A DNA stretch of 63,673 nucleotides, counting the filler, from Reclinomonas americana ATCC 50394 (lineage: Eukaryota): the NCBI GenBank assembly GCA_048213135.1. It is 7 parts of 4 records of this genome, joined end to end, with 100 filler letters (N's around TTAATTAATTAA, not from the genome) between each part and the next. Parts side by side here need not be neighbours in the genome. Positions count along the whole stretch, not along the records: positions 29,797 to 49,819 come from PS015189.1; 6 more parts are not named here. One strand, 5' to 3'. Positions 37,229 to 49,600 of this stretch are shown here, in pieces; position 1 is the stretch's first letter, and every line of letters begins with the position of its first letter. The notes beneath the pieces are model-generated. The model had not been told where the DNA came from. It ran no database searches and saw only the letters and a list, made by a program, of their open reading frames with translations. Made by a program: the position numbers and the translations under genes.

Positions 37229-40200
37229 CTACTCCTCCGCCGCCTCATCGTCCGCCAGCACCTTGCGTCGCTTGCTCGGCATTGCCGCGTCACCACGCAC
37301 GCTGCGCTCGAGTTCCTCCAGCCCGAGACACCCCAATTCATCGTCATCGTCGTCGTCACCCGTATCGTCGCCTTTCTCTTTCTCCAGAGTGGCACCGCCT
37401 GTCCACTCGCATTCACCCTCGTCGCCGTCGCTGTCGTCGCTCTTCACCGCCGTGCCGACCCCACTGCCCGATGCACCGTCCATGTCGTCGTCCATGGCTT
37501 CGACGGTGGTTGTCGTGGTGGCGGCAGCGGTCTCCGCGACGAGTGGACTGGTCACTGTCGAGTGCACAAAGGGCAGCAGCGACGCAATCTCGTCCGAGTC
37601 GAGCAGGGCGCCACGAGAGAGCTCCGAGTCGGCCGGCTCGCGATCCTCCTCGGGGAACGTCTCATTGATACCGTCTGTGCAGCCAGGGAGTGTCAGTCAA
37701 GCGCGACGCAGTAGCAGAGGCAGCAGCAGCAGAAGACGCACCTCGGCGGAATTCAAAGATGCGCTTCAGCTCGTCCTTGCCAAACGTGGGGTTCTTGTCG
37801 ACCACCACGTCGACAATGACGTTGGAGAGCTGGTTCTTGCTCATCTGGCGCTGTAGCACGCGCTCCTCCAGAGTGCCGACGCAGATCAGGCGGTAGATGA
37901 ACACTTCCTTTTTCTGCCCGTCGCGCCACACGCGAGCCTGTTGACGACTCGGCATGTCAGCGACTGGCTCGAGGAGGGAGGGGGAACACAACAAAGAGAG
38001 AGGTCACCATGGCCTGCTGGTCGGCAGCCGGGTTCCACTCGGGGTCGTACATGACGAGACGATTGGCACCGATGAGGTTCAGACCTTTTTTCGCGGCGAG
38101 ATGGTGAGCAACGGAGCGATGGCGACGACGGGATTGGGAACAGTACCGACACCACCGGCCTTGGTCGACAGGAGAAACACGCGCTCATTCGACCACGAAG
38201 CGTTGAAGCGGTCCACTGAAAACGGGGAGGGAGGTGATGAGCGCCACCAGCACACACACGAATGCATGTCTCGCACCAGGAGCATCAACAAACCAATCTG
38301 CTGGCGCTTCTCGGCCGCAGTACTGCCGTCGAGACGCACAAAGGCGAGATTGAGCGCCTGCAGCATCGGCACCATGCCGTCGAGACTCTGCGAGAAAGCG
38401 TCAACAGAGAGACAGACAACGAGACGGGTGGACGGTGACTGAGAGACAGACCTGCGTGCTCTGCGACACAATGACCACCTTGTCGGTGGTCTCCTCGCGA
38501 ATGCGGCTCAACAGACGCGAGAGAACCAGCATCTGCATGCAAGCACAGGTCAATACAACTGTGAACCAACGAGCTAGTAAGGACAGCCAGCAAACCTTGC
38601 CAGACAGCGAGTAGTCGCCACACAGCACGGCACCGTCGGCCAACTGCGCTTGCAGGTACTCGGGGGCAAACTTGGCGCGCACACCATCCCACAATTCGTG
38701 ATCCCACACCTGCTCAATGTCGCCATCGCCCTCCAGCGTGGCCATTTTCTTTTCTGCACGCGACAGCACTCATGAGAAAGCGAAGGAGAGACAGAAATGA
38801 CGTCCGCTGACTACGACAAACCGGCGGCCTTCAAGATGAGGTCGGGATGCGACAGCAGCTTGCGCAGTGCTTGAATGTACAAAAAGGCGGCATTCTGCAA
38901 AACAGAGACGCAGTCAGTGTAAGGAATGAACGCAGCAGTAGCAGAGCAGCACGTACCTTGTCTTGGCCTTGCGCAGAGCCTCCGCCGCGAGCCGAGATCA
39001 GTCGGTTCACGAAGCGTTGCGAGACGAGGTGGGCGTAAATCTCCTCCTGCAGTGGCGACATGCGCACAAACAGCACCAACTCGGCTGCACGGGCATCGAG
39101 GATGAGTGACACGAGACGCACTGATGACGACAACAAACACAAACCCTTGGGTGGCAGATGTTTCTGCAAAATGTCGGCCGTGCGACGAAGAAGAAACATT
39201 TGCGTGAGACGCATCAGCTCCTGACCACGAGAGGCACCGAGCGCCTTTTCGGCTGGTGTCGCTGACGGCTCGCGGGAGCGCGTAATGGGTTCACCGAAAA
39301 TCTTGTTGAAGGTCTTGTCGTCGGCGAGCGAACCTGTACATGTGGAATACACCATCAGCCACACGTACACAGCGCACGACTGTGAACGCGACTGACCGGG
39401 ATTGACAAACGAGACGCAGGCGTAGAACTCGGTGAGGTTGTTCTGGATCGGCGTGCCGGTGAGAATGATGCGACGTGGCGTACGCATCGCGTTGAGGCTC
39501 TTGAACGTGGCCACCTGTGTGTGGGGTCAGGCAGTGAAACACAAAAAGTAAGGGAGGCCATGGACGTGCGCACCGTGTGGTTCTTCAGCCGATGGCCCTC
39601 GTCGCACACCAGCAGGTCGCACGGACATTCGGCGAGCAGCGCTCCCTGCACTCGCCACGTGGTGAGATGCAAGACGAGGCAAGGGGAAGAGAGGGAGGAA
39701 GGGAAGAGAGGCTGGTACGCAACGTGAATACGAAAGTGCTCGTACGAGATGAGGAGGATGGGCTGAAAGCCGACACGAAAGTCGTTGATCTTTTGCTCCA
39801 CCACCGCCTTGTTGGTGCCGCCGGAGCACACAATGGTCTTCAGGCGCGACGAGGTCAGCCACTTGCGAATCTCCTTCTCCCAGTTGTTCACCAGCGACGC
39901 CGGCGTCACCACAATTCCTTTTTGCACCAGTGGGCGACCCTGCAGCAACGCATTGTGAGAAGTGGCAATCAAGGCGGGAGACGGAGACAAGCACACACCT
40001 CCGGCCCATGGTTCGTCAGTGCCCATAGCAGCGAAATGGTCTGCAGGGTCTTGCCGAGACCCATGCTGTCGGCAAGAATGGCACCGTAGCCGCCAGTGCT
40101 GCACAAGTAAAACAATAAAGGTGAGTGACACGCATGCAGTCATCTTGCCGGCAATCCCGCAACTTGTTGAGGCCAGTGACGCAGTTGTAGAGGAAGCGCA

Positions 40201-40862
40201 CACCCTCACGCTGATGCGGACGCATCTGGGTGGCGAGGAATGCCTCGACGTACACGGGAAAGGCGCCTTGCGAGACGCACATGCTGTGCTCGGCGGCGAG
40301 TAGATTCTCGTCGTCGTTGATCACAAATGCGCCCTGCATCACACACAGTTCAGCCATCATCACCATCTTCACCACCACCACCGAGATCACCAAACCTGCG
40401 GCACCACCACCGACGACACTTGCTTCACAATGCCGGTGCTGGCGCGCTTACGGCCGCCCAGCAGTGACTCGGAAATCGTCACCGCGATGCCCGGCGCCGC
40501 GGTTTCGGCTTCCGCGGCGGCAGCGGCGGCAGCCGCCGTAGCCTTCTTGCCCTTCTTGCCGACAAACTTCTTGTCGACGGCAGCCACGCCCGTCACGTTG
40601 ATGAACACACGGCCGCTGACAAAGTCCTCGTTGGGGATGCGCGACACGACCTCCATCTCGTACGAACCGGCCGTCACCGGATCGCCCTCCTTCAGACGGA
40701 AGAGTGGCCGACTGACCACCGCTTGCTGTGAGCGAAAGAGGCGGCGACATGAGTGCAAGAAAAGAGACGGGGGTGCGGGGGGAGTCAAGGGTGCACGCAC
40801 GTGCAACGATTTGCCGCCAGTATCGAGCAGATTCACTTTGCGAGTGGAGCACGACAGGATGC
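37229..40862 (-). CDS. RAD54: SNF2-family RAD54/RAD54B-like DNA translocase (5' end in gap)
   Basis: [114 protein letters not shown]; stop at 37229. Confidence 0.93.
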
Positions 40863-41023
40863 CTGCAGATGGCGACAATGACAATGACGCGGGGAGGNNN
40901 NNNNNNNNNNNNNNNNNNNNNNNNNNNNNNNNNNNNNNNNNNNNNNNNNNNNNNNNNNNNNNNNNNNNNCGTCAGTGATGCCAGGTGTGGAGATGTGAGG
41001 GCGGGGGAATCGGGCGACGCAAC

Positions 41024-42675
41024 AGCTCCTCGACATGGAATCCCTCGACAAGTTTGCTCTGCGTGTAGATTGGCATGGTCCGCTTGAAGGCGGCGGTGGC
41101 GGCGAGATCGGCGTTGGTCGGGTTGTACACCACATTGCCCGTGTGCGCTACGCATCACACACATAAAACGAGTGAGCCACACCCCACAGACAGACGCCGG
41201 TTTCGCTGTGCACAGCAGACGCAACGATCAATCGACACCACTTGCGGCAACTCATTCAGTCGCTTCGAGGGCGACCGCCGCGGCAGCGCTTGCTTGTAGT
41301 TGGCCAGCTGTACAGGCGTAGGGACAATGAGCATGACGATCATTGGCATGTCTCTCGCGTTGCATGCACTCACCTCGTTCTTCAACTCTGCCAGCTCCCG
41401 TTCCGTCTGCGCCAGTCGACCACCCATCATGGCCATTGCGTCTGGCTCTACAATCTCGCGTGTCAGCACAACGACAATAACACGTAACAGAATGGTGACA
41501 CAAAGTCAAGCGCAACTGACAACCATGATGCCGCCGGGACCCGCCTCTGCTGCCGTGTGCACCACCATGGTCGGTGGCGACGTGGCCACCAAGATGCCGG
41601 ACTGGTTCAGTGTGGGTGGCGGGCTGGCCATTGCACCGGTCACCTTCTCCGGACTGGACAGCAGTCGCAGAATGTGCTCCTGTCGCTTCTTCACCGTCTC
41701 CAGTGCACCCTCTGTCTTTTCTCGCAACGTCCTCTCGCGCTCCAGACGAGTCTCCAGCGCATGCAGACGATTCAGTGTGCCCTCCGACACCTCCGATCCC
41801 ATCGCTCGCGAACTAGCCGACGGACCCAAGTCCGAGTACTGATCCAACAGCAGCCTGTCGTGCATCGAGGCCGACGATGAACGCAGGCGCCGTGAACCAC
41901 GCGATCCAAAGGAGAGGCGCGAGGCGGCCGACATGCCACCCGACGACATTGGTCTCGGGTGATCGGTGGGTGTTGGTGCCGGCGCTCCTGCACCCTCCCC
42001 ACTCCGCTCCCCTCCCATTGGCAACGACAATCGCAACGCGTTCATCCGTTCGCGCGCCATTTGCTGCGCGACGAGTGAGAAGGGATGCACAACGGAAGGT
42101 GATTCACACGAGAGCACCACTTGCTCACCTCCTGTGCCATCGCCTCCTGCTGCTGTGCGTGACTCGACAAGAGACCAGCGGCCGTCTGCGGTCGACTGGT
42201 GCCCGACAGCGACGACAGTCGGCTGAATCCCGACAAGACCGAGGCAGGTGTCTGCGGCCGGAACGACGAAGCCCGTGACGATGCACCCACCGAAATCAGA
42301 GAAGCGCCATCATCGTGACCACGGTGGTCGTCTTGCTGCTGCTGCTGCTGCTGCTCCAGTTGTGCGTGATCCACACCGCCATCATCACCACCAGTGGCGC
42401 TCGCCGAGTCCTGGTGCGTTGGACTCCCGGCCATCCTATCATACACGTCGCGCGGAAGTCTGCACGGGGAAACCCTCAGCATTTTCTCGCGGAGTGGACG
42501 TGGTACCACACGCACGCAACGTGGCCATGGTCGACTGCAGAATGTGCTGGTGCAGCGGCGTCGAGTTGGACGCGCTGGCATCCATCGACGATTTGACAGC
42601 CGGCAGCGGTCTCCACACATGCGTCTTGTTGGGCGACGGCACGCCACCGCCCTTGCGCAGCGGCTGAGGTCGGTT
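41024..42675 (-). CDS. Uncharacterised S-rich coiled-coil protein, partial (both ends in gaps)
   Basis: In-frame exon chain; coiled coils LNRLHALETRLERERTLREKTEGALETVKKRQE and LAQTERELAELKNELANYKQ. Confidence 0.6.
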
Positions 42676-43536
42676 CTAAAAAACACCCNNNNNNNNNNNN
42701 NNNNNNNNNNNNNNNNNNNNNNNNNNNNNNNNNNNNNNNNNNNNNNNNNNNNNNNNNNNNNNNNNNNNNNNNNNNNNNNNNNNNNNNNNNNNNNNNNNNN
42801 NNNNNNNNNNNNNNNNNNNNNNNNNNNNNNNNNNNNNNNNNNNNNNNNNNNNNNNNNNNNNNNNNNNNNNNNNNNNNNNNNNNNNNNNNNNNNNNNNNNN
42901 NNNNNNNNNNNNNNNNNNNNNNNNNNNNNNNNNNNNNNNNNNNNNNNNNNNNNNNNNNNNNNNNNNNNNNNNNNNNNNNNNNNNNNNNNNNNNNNNNNNN
43001 NNNNNNNNNNNNNNNNNNNNNNNNNNNNNNNNNNNNNNNNNNNNNNNNNNNNNNNNNNNNNNNNNNNNNNNNNNNNNNNNNNNNNNNNNNNNNNNNNNNN
43101 NNNNNNNNNNNNNNNNNNNNNNNNNNNNNNNNNNNNNNNNNNNNNNNNNNNNNNNNNNNNNNNNNNNNNNNNNNNNNNNNNNNNNNNNNNNNNNNNNNNN
43201 NNNNNNNNNNNNNNNNNNNNNNNNNNNNNNNNNNNNNNNNNNNNNNNNNNNNNNNNNNNNNNNNNNNNNNNNNNNNNNNNNNNNNNNNNNNNNNNNNNNN
43301 NNNNNNNNNNNNNNNNNNNNNNNNNNNNNNNNNNNNNNNNNNNNNNNNNNNNNNNNNNNNNNNNNNNNNNNNNNNNNNNNNNNNNNNNNNNNNNNNNNNN
43401 NNNNNNNNNNNNNNNNNNNNNNNNNNNNNNNNNNNNNNNNNNNNNNNNNNNNNNNNNNNNNNNNNNNNNNNNNNNNNNNNNNNNNNNNNNNNNNNNNNNN
43501 NNNNNNNNNNNNNNNNNNNNNNNNNNNNNNNNNCAG

Positions 43537-43969
43537 AGCGACAAGAAGAGGAAGGGCAAGAAGGGCAAGGCCGCCGCCAAGAAGGAGGGCAAGAAGGGCA
43601 AGCGTGCGAAGGTTAGTGTTTGCCATGAGTAATGTTTTTTTGGCGGGATGATGACGTGTTCGCGCAATTTTTCAGAAGGACAAGGATGCACCGAAGCGCG
43701 CTCGCTCCGCCTTCATCTTCTTCACCCAGAAGAACATGGAGCGCGTCCGCAACGAGAACTCGGGCATTGCTCAGAAGGACATCATGAAGCTCCTGGGCGA
43801 GGAGTGGAAGGCCCTGAGTGACGACGACAAGTCCGAGTACCAGGAGATGGCCGATGCCGACAAGACCCGCGCTGCCAAGGAGAACGCCGAGTACGCCAAG
43901 AAGAAGAAGGCCGCTGCCGACGACGAGGAAGATGAGGAGGAGGAGGACGATGATGAGGATGACGAGTAA
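43537..43969 (+). CDS. HMGB-like protein, 3' half: second HMG box and acidic tail (on an inverted contig)
   Basis: KKDKDAPKRARSAFIFF...DIMKLLGEEWKALSDDDKSEYQEMA, D/E tail, stop TAA. Begins at a phase-0 acceptor, cag|. Confidence 0.9.
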
Positions 43970-45191
43970 TCCCTCCCTGCTTTCGCTTGTGTGTTTTTTT
44001 CTATATCTCCCCAATCCCGTCGACTGCCGTGCGACGGGGCCTCCCTCATGCCATACCATAGTGTGTTTTTCTCCCCCCACCCTCTCTTTTCTGTCGCAAT
44101 CTCTTCCCTCCCACGGCAAGCAACTTGCCTCAGAAATATTATCCCGTAAACGCCAATGAGAAAAAATGCGGGCACCCGACGATGATTGATGTAACAAACA
44201 CTATTCAACGGGTTGAGTTTAATGTGAGGAGTGTGGGGAACGGCCCTTATCAATGCTGCCTCCCGCCAGTGGAGCTGCTCTCGTTATATGGGGGGCCTTG
44301 GATTAGTGTGCATGCACGTCTTCGTCAATAGTACACAATGTTGCCTTCGTAGTCCAGGTAGAAGTTGGTGCGACTCGACGCTTTTTCTCGGCGCGGCTCC
44401 GGAATGCCCTTGCGCGTACTGTACCACCACCACCACCANNNNNNNNNNNNNNNNNNNNNNNNNNNNNNNNNNNNNNNNNNNNNNNNNNNNNNNNNNNNNN
44501 NNNNNNNNNNNNNNNNNNNNNNNNNNNNNNNNNNNNNNNNNNNNNNNNNNNNNNNNNNNNNNNNNNNNNNNNNNNNNNNNNNNNNNNNNNNNNNNNNNNN
44601 NNNNNNNNNNNNNNNNNNNNNNNNNNNNNNNNNNNNNNNNNNNNNNNNNNNNNNNNNNNNNNNNNNNNNNNNNNNNNNNNNNNNNNNNNNNNNNNNNNNN
44701 NNNNNNNNNNNNNNNNNNNNNNNNNNNNNNNNNNNNNNNNNNNNNNNNNNNNNNNNNNNNNNNNNNNNNNNNNNNNNNNNNNNNNNNNNNNNNNNNNNNN
44801 NNNNNNNNNNNNNNNNNNNNNNNNNNNNNNNNNNNNNNNNNNNNNNNNNNNNNNNNNNNNNNNNNNNNNNNNNNNNNNNNNNNNNNNNNNNNNNNNNNNN
44901 NNNNNNNNNNNNNNNNNNNNNNNNNNNNNNNNNNNNNNNNNNNNNNNNNNNNNNNNNNNNNNNNNNNNNNNNNNNNNNNNNNNNNNNNNNNNNNNNNNNN
45001 NNNNNNNNNNNNNNNNNNNNNNNNNNNNNNNNNNNNNNNNNNNNNNNNNNNNNNNNNNNNNNNNNNNNNNNNNNNNNNNNNNNNNNNNNNNNNNNNNNNN
45101 NNNNNNNNNNNNNNNNNNNNNNNNNNNNCGTGGGTGCAAAGTGAGTGCGTGTGTGTGGCAATGTCACACACAAAAAAGGCACACACTCAAC

Positions 45192-45635
45192 GTCGTCGTC
45201 ATCCTCATCGTCATCCTCCTCCTCGTCCGAGTGGTGAGTCTTCTTGTACTCCTCCAGCTCGGCGGTGTAGCGCTTCTTGTCCTTGTTGGCCTGCGCGGTG
45301 TAGGGCTGCGCACAGGCACACGCAACAAAACGATCTCAGGCACTTCTTTCTCAAAAGAACACCGTGGAGCACACACACTCACCGCCTTATCCTCGTCGGA
45401 CAGCTCACGCCACTGCTCGGCGATCTTCTTGAACACCTCCGGCTGTGTGAAGCTCGGGTTCTGCACGAAAAAGGAAAAGAAATGAGTGACCATCACAATG
45501 CAACGCTTCCCCTGCTCACTCCCCGCTCACCTCCGACTTGATCTGAGAGCTCATGGCCTTCTGGTAGAAAATGTAGGCCGAGCTGGCCTTCTTGGGTGCC
45601 GCATCACCCGCTGCTGCCTTCTTCGCCTTTGGCAT
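45192..45635 (-). CDS. HMGB-like protein, 5' half: first HMG box and acidic linker
   Basis: MPKAKK...APKKASSAYIFY...VFKKIAEQWRELSDEDKAPYTAQANKDKKRY. It ends at a phase-0 donor (GAC|gttgagt), not at a stop codon. Confidence 0.9.
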
Positions 45636-46672
45636 TGTTGATGGTGGTGTTGATGGGGGAAAAGTGCTTCACACAAACGTCTGCACACGACAGCAAGAGG
45701 GTAAGTCACTGCAGCAAAAACGCCCGACGACAGGCAGGCAGAAGGGAGAGAGAGAAAGACAGAGAGAGAAGAGCAGTGGTATCTTGTGAACATTCTCTTG
45801 TCTGTGGAGTGAATCTTGTGCAAGCGGTTTTCGCGCTCTCTCTCGTGCCAGTGGAGGAGATGGCAAGAGGCGAAAGTGTGCACGGTGATGAAGAAGAAGA
45901 GGAGCGGCGCAAAGAAGACAAAGGAAAAGTGGGCACAATAAAAAGACAAGCGCACACACAAAAAAAAAGGCACCGGCGAAACGACGCGCACGACGCACAG
46001 TTCACCGCACGCCCGACAAACACACGGTGCGCAGAGAGCGCGCACGGTGGAAAGGGGCGGGGGGCAAACAACACAAAAAAGTGGCGAGATGGTGTGACAT
46101 GACATGACGGGCAAAAAGAAAAAAAAGGGGCAAACACACACGCACGCACACGCACACTCGTCGCCCTCATGGGGTGTGTGAGGCACGCACGCAGCGGCAG
46201 ACGATCAGGCGATCTGTCATTGCCGCAGCGCAGAGCAAGAAAAAGAAAAAACGGAAAAAATCCGCCGCTTGTGTGAGAGTGAGACGATGAGAGCACTTTC
46301 TCATCATCTTCATCATCATCATCATCACAATGACACACACAGAGAAAAATAACAGAGAGACAGTCTGAATTTCTGCATGAGCGTGCATGAAAAAATCTCT
46401 GTCGCGTCGTGCTGCCCACCGCCAGTGCACACACGGGCAATGACCCCAACAAAATACACACACAAACGAACCTCGCTTAGCGCGCCTGAAGAGAAAAAAT
46501 TGTGAGTGACCGATTCCCGCCAAGATCACGTGCAAACCCCCCCGTGACAATTGCGCTGGGTTTGCCATGCGATGACGTGATTTTCGTGTCGCCAAGCGTC
46601 GCCATGTCGACTTCACGTATGGGATGATGGCAATCGTGTGGTAAACCAAAACAAAGTCGTGTGTGCGTGTAT

Positions 46673-49600
46673 TCACAATGCAATGAGCGTCCGCGTGCTC
46701 GGCAACTTGACCGCCTGGTCGTTCCCGAATGATGACGACGAGCCATTCATCGAGTCGGTGCCTGCGAGTCGTCGCTGCTGTTGCTGTTGCTGCTGCTGCT
46801 GCTGCGCGGCCAGCAACTGCTGTTGGTGTTGTTGGCGAGCGGCGAGCATGGCGTCGGCATTTGGCGCCGACTCCGCGCCTCCGAGAGAGTTGACCGACGG
46901 GGCCCGCTCCAGTGGTGTGCTANNNNNNNNNNNNNNNNNNNNNNNNNNNNNNNNNNNNNNNNNNNNNNNNNNNNNNNNNNNNNNNNNNNNNNNNNNNNNN
47001 NNNNNNNNNNNNNNNNNNNNNNNNNNNNNNNNNNNNNNNNNNNNNNNNNNNNNNNNNNNNNNNNNNNNNNNNNNNNNNNNNNNNNNNNNNNNNNNNNNNN
47101 NNNNNNNNNNNNNNNNNNNNNNNNNNNNNNNNNNNNNNNNNNNNNNNNNNNNNNNNNNNNNNNNNNNNNNNNNNNNNNNNNNNNNNNNNNNNNNNNNNNN
47201 NNNNNNNNNNNNNNNNNNNNNNNNNNNNNNNNNNNNNNNNNNNNNNNNNNNNNNNNNNNNNNNNNNNNNNNNNNNNNNNNNNNNNNNNNNNNNNNNNNNN
47301 NNNNNNNNNNNNNNNNNNNNNNNNNNNNNNNNNNNNNNNNNNNNNNNNNNNNNNNNNNNNNNNNNNNNNNNNNNNNNNNNNNNNNNNNNNNNNNNNNNNN
47401 NNNNNNNNNNNNNNNNNNNGAGTCGGTGCGACGCAGGCCACTGCCGCGCTCGCCCATTGGTTTCTTGAATTCGTTGCGGTAGCCGGCTTCTACGGATTCG
47501 GCGCGGTCCATGGCCAACTCCAGCACTTGGGTCGTCGAGCGGCGAGTGGGTGAGCTGCGGTGGCGCGCGCCATCGGGCGTGGCCACTTGCACCGGCGGTG
47601 TTAGCGGCGGTGTCTGCGGCGTTGGAGTGGTGCCTCGCTCGCGACGATTGCGGGGTGGCGTGGAGCCGCGCGGTTTCAGAATCGAGCGCGGCGACGCTGT
47701 GTCGCCCAGGTCGGGAGTGGAGGTCAGCGAGGCCGGCGTCTCGGGCGTGTCCGACGGAATCTCAATCTCTTTCAGGTGGCGCTTGTCGGCACGTGCACCC
47801 TTACCGTGCTGCTGCTGCTGTTGTTGGGCTTGACGCGGTGACTGTCGCTGCTGTTGCTGCTGCTGTTGCTGCGGCAGTGATCGCGGTCCGGGCGGCGCAT
47901 TCGAGATCAACGGAGGCATGCCCGGCGGCGGCGGTGTGGAACCGGCCGACGACGAAGCGGACGGAGGCGACTGCTGCTGCTGCTGCTGATGCTGCGACGA
48001 CGGTTGCGGCAACGGTGGTGGCGACGACGACGACGACGAAGATCCTTGACGGTATGCACGTTTTCGGTGCGCACCATTCGCCGGCGAGCCGTTGCCACCG
48101 TTTTGTTGCNNNNNNNNNNNNNNNNNNNNNNNNNNNNNNNNNNNNNNNNNNNNNNNNNNNNNNNNNNNNNNNNNNNNNNNNNNNNNNNNNNNNNNNNNNN
48201 NNNNNNNNNNNNNNNNNNNNNNNNNNNNNNNNNNNNNNNNNNNNNNNNNNNNNNNNNNNNNNNNNNNNNNNNNNNNNNNNNNNNNNNNNNNNNNNNNNNN
48301 NNNNNNNNNNNNNNNNNNNNNNNNNNNNNNNNNNNNNNNNNNNNNNNNNNNNNNNNNNNNNNNNNNNNNNNNNNNNNNNNNNNNNNNNNNNNNNNNNNNN
48401 NNNNNNNNNNNNNNNNNNNNNNNNNNNNNNNNNNNNNNNNNNNNNNNNNNNNNNNNNNNNNNNNNNNNNNNNNNNNNNNNNNNNNNNNNNNNNNNNNNNN
48501 NNNNNNNNNNNNNNNNNNNNNNNNNNNNNNNNNNNNNNNNNNNNNNNNNNNNNNNNNNNNNNNNNNNNNNNNNNNNNNNNNNNNNNNNNNNNNNNNNNNN
48601 NNNNNNNNNNNNNNNNNNNNNNNNNNNNNNNNNNNNNNNNNNNNNNNNNNNNNNNNNNNNNNNNNNNNNNNNNNNNNNNNNNNNNNNNNNNNNNNNNNNN
48701 NNNNNNNNNNNNNNNNNNNNNNNNNNNNNNNNNNNNNNNNNNNNNNNNNNNNNNNNNNNNNNNNNNNNNNNNNNNNNNNNNNNNNNNNNNNNNNNNNNNN
48801 NNNNNNNNNNNNNNNNNNNNNNNNNNNNNNNNNNNNNNNNNNNNNNNNNNNNNNNNNNNNNNNNNNNNNNNNNNNNNNNNNNNNNNNNNNNNNNNNNNNN
48901 NNNNNNNNNNNNNNNNNNNNNNNNNNNNNNNNNNNNNNNNNNNNNTGTTGTTGTTGTTGTGCGGGCAGAAACGCAGCCGCCAGTGAAGGAAGGATGGTGG
49001 TGGCTCCACGAATGCCGGCGTGATGCAAGCCACTACCACCACCATTGGCGCTGCGACCACCAGCCATCGCCGGCGCTTGCAGTGGTGAGGGTGAGTCGAA
49101 CGGCCGGCCACCGCTGCCCGGAGCCGACTCGTCGTCCATGCCAGAGTGACCGGTCGACTGGAATGAAGGTGGAGGGCGGGAGAGAGGCGACAGGGCCATT
49201 GTCGGAGAGGAGCCACCGCTGCCGGTGGAGAGCGGTGAATGGAGCTTGGACGATGGCGGCGAGCGTGGCGTGACGGGCGGCAGAGTGAGGGTGGCCGGCG
49301 CAGCGTTCAACAATGGCTGAATGAAATAACATGGTGAGATGAATGAGTGTGGGGGAGGAGAGGACTGGAGGTGTGGACGACGCAACTTGCACATACTCGT
49401 TGCGGTGCGACGACACGGGGGCCCAGCGATCGACAAAGTCGCCCTCGACGTACTCCCCCGGCTGGCGAGAGAGCGGCGAGCGAGTGACGGCGTACAGACC
49501 GGCATCGTCCATGCCGCCAGAGCCGCCCACCATGGATGCTCCGGGAGAGGCGTGCGAAGACCGAGGCGATGAACGTCGTGAAGGTGGTGTAGGTGCCGGC

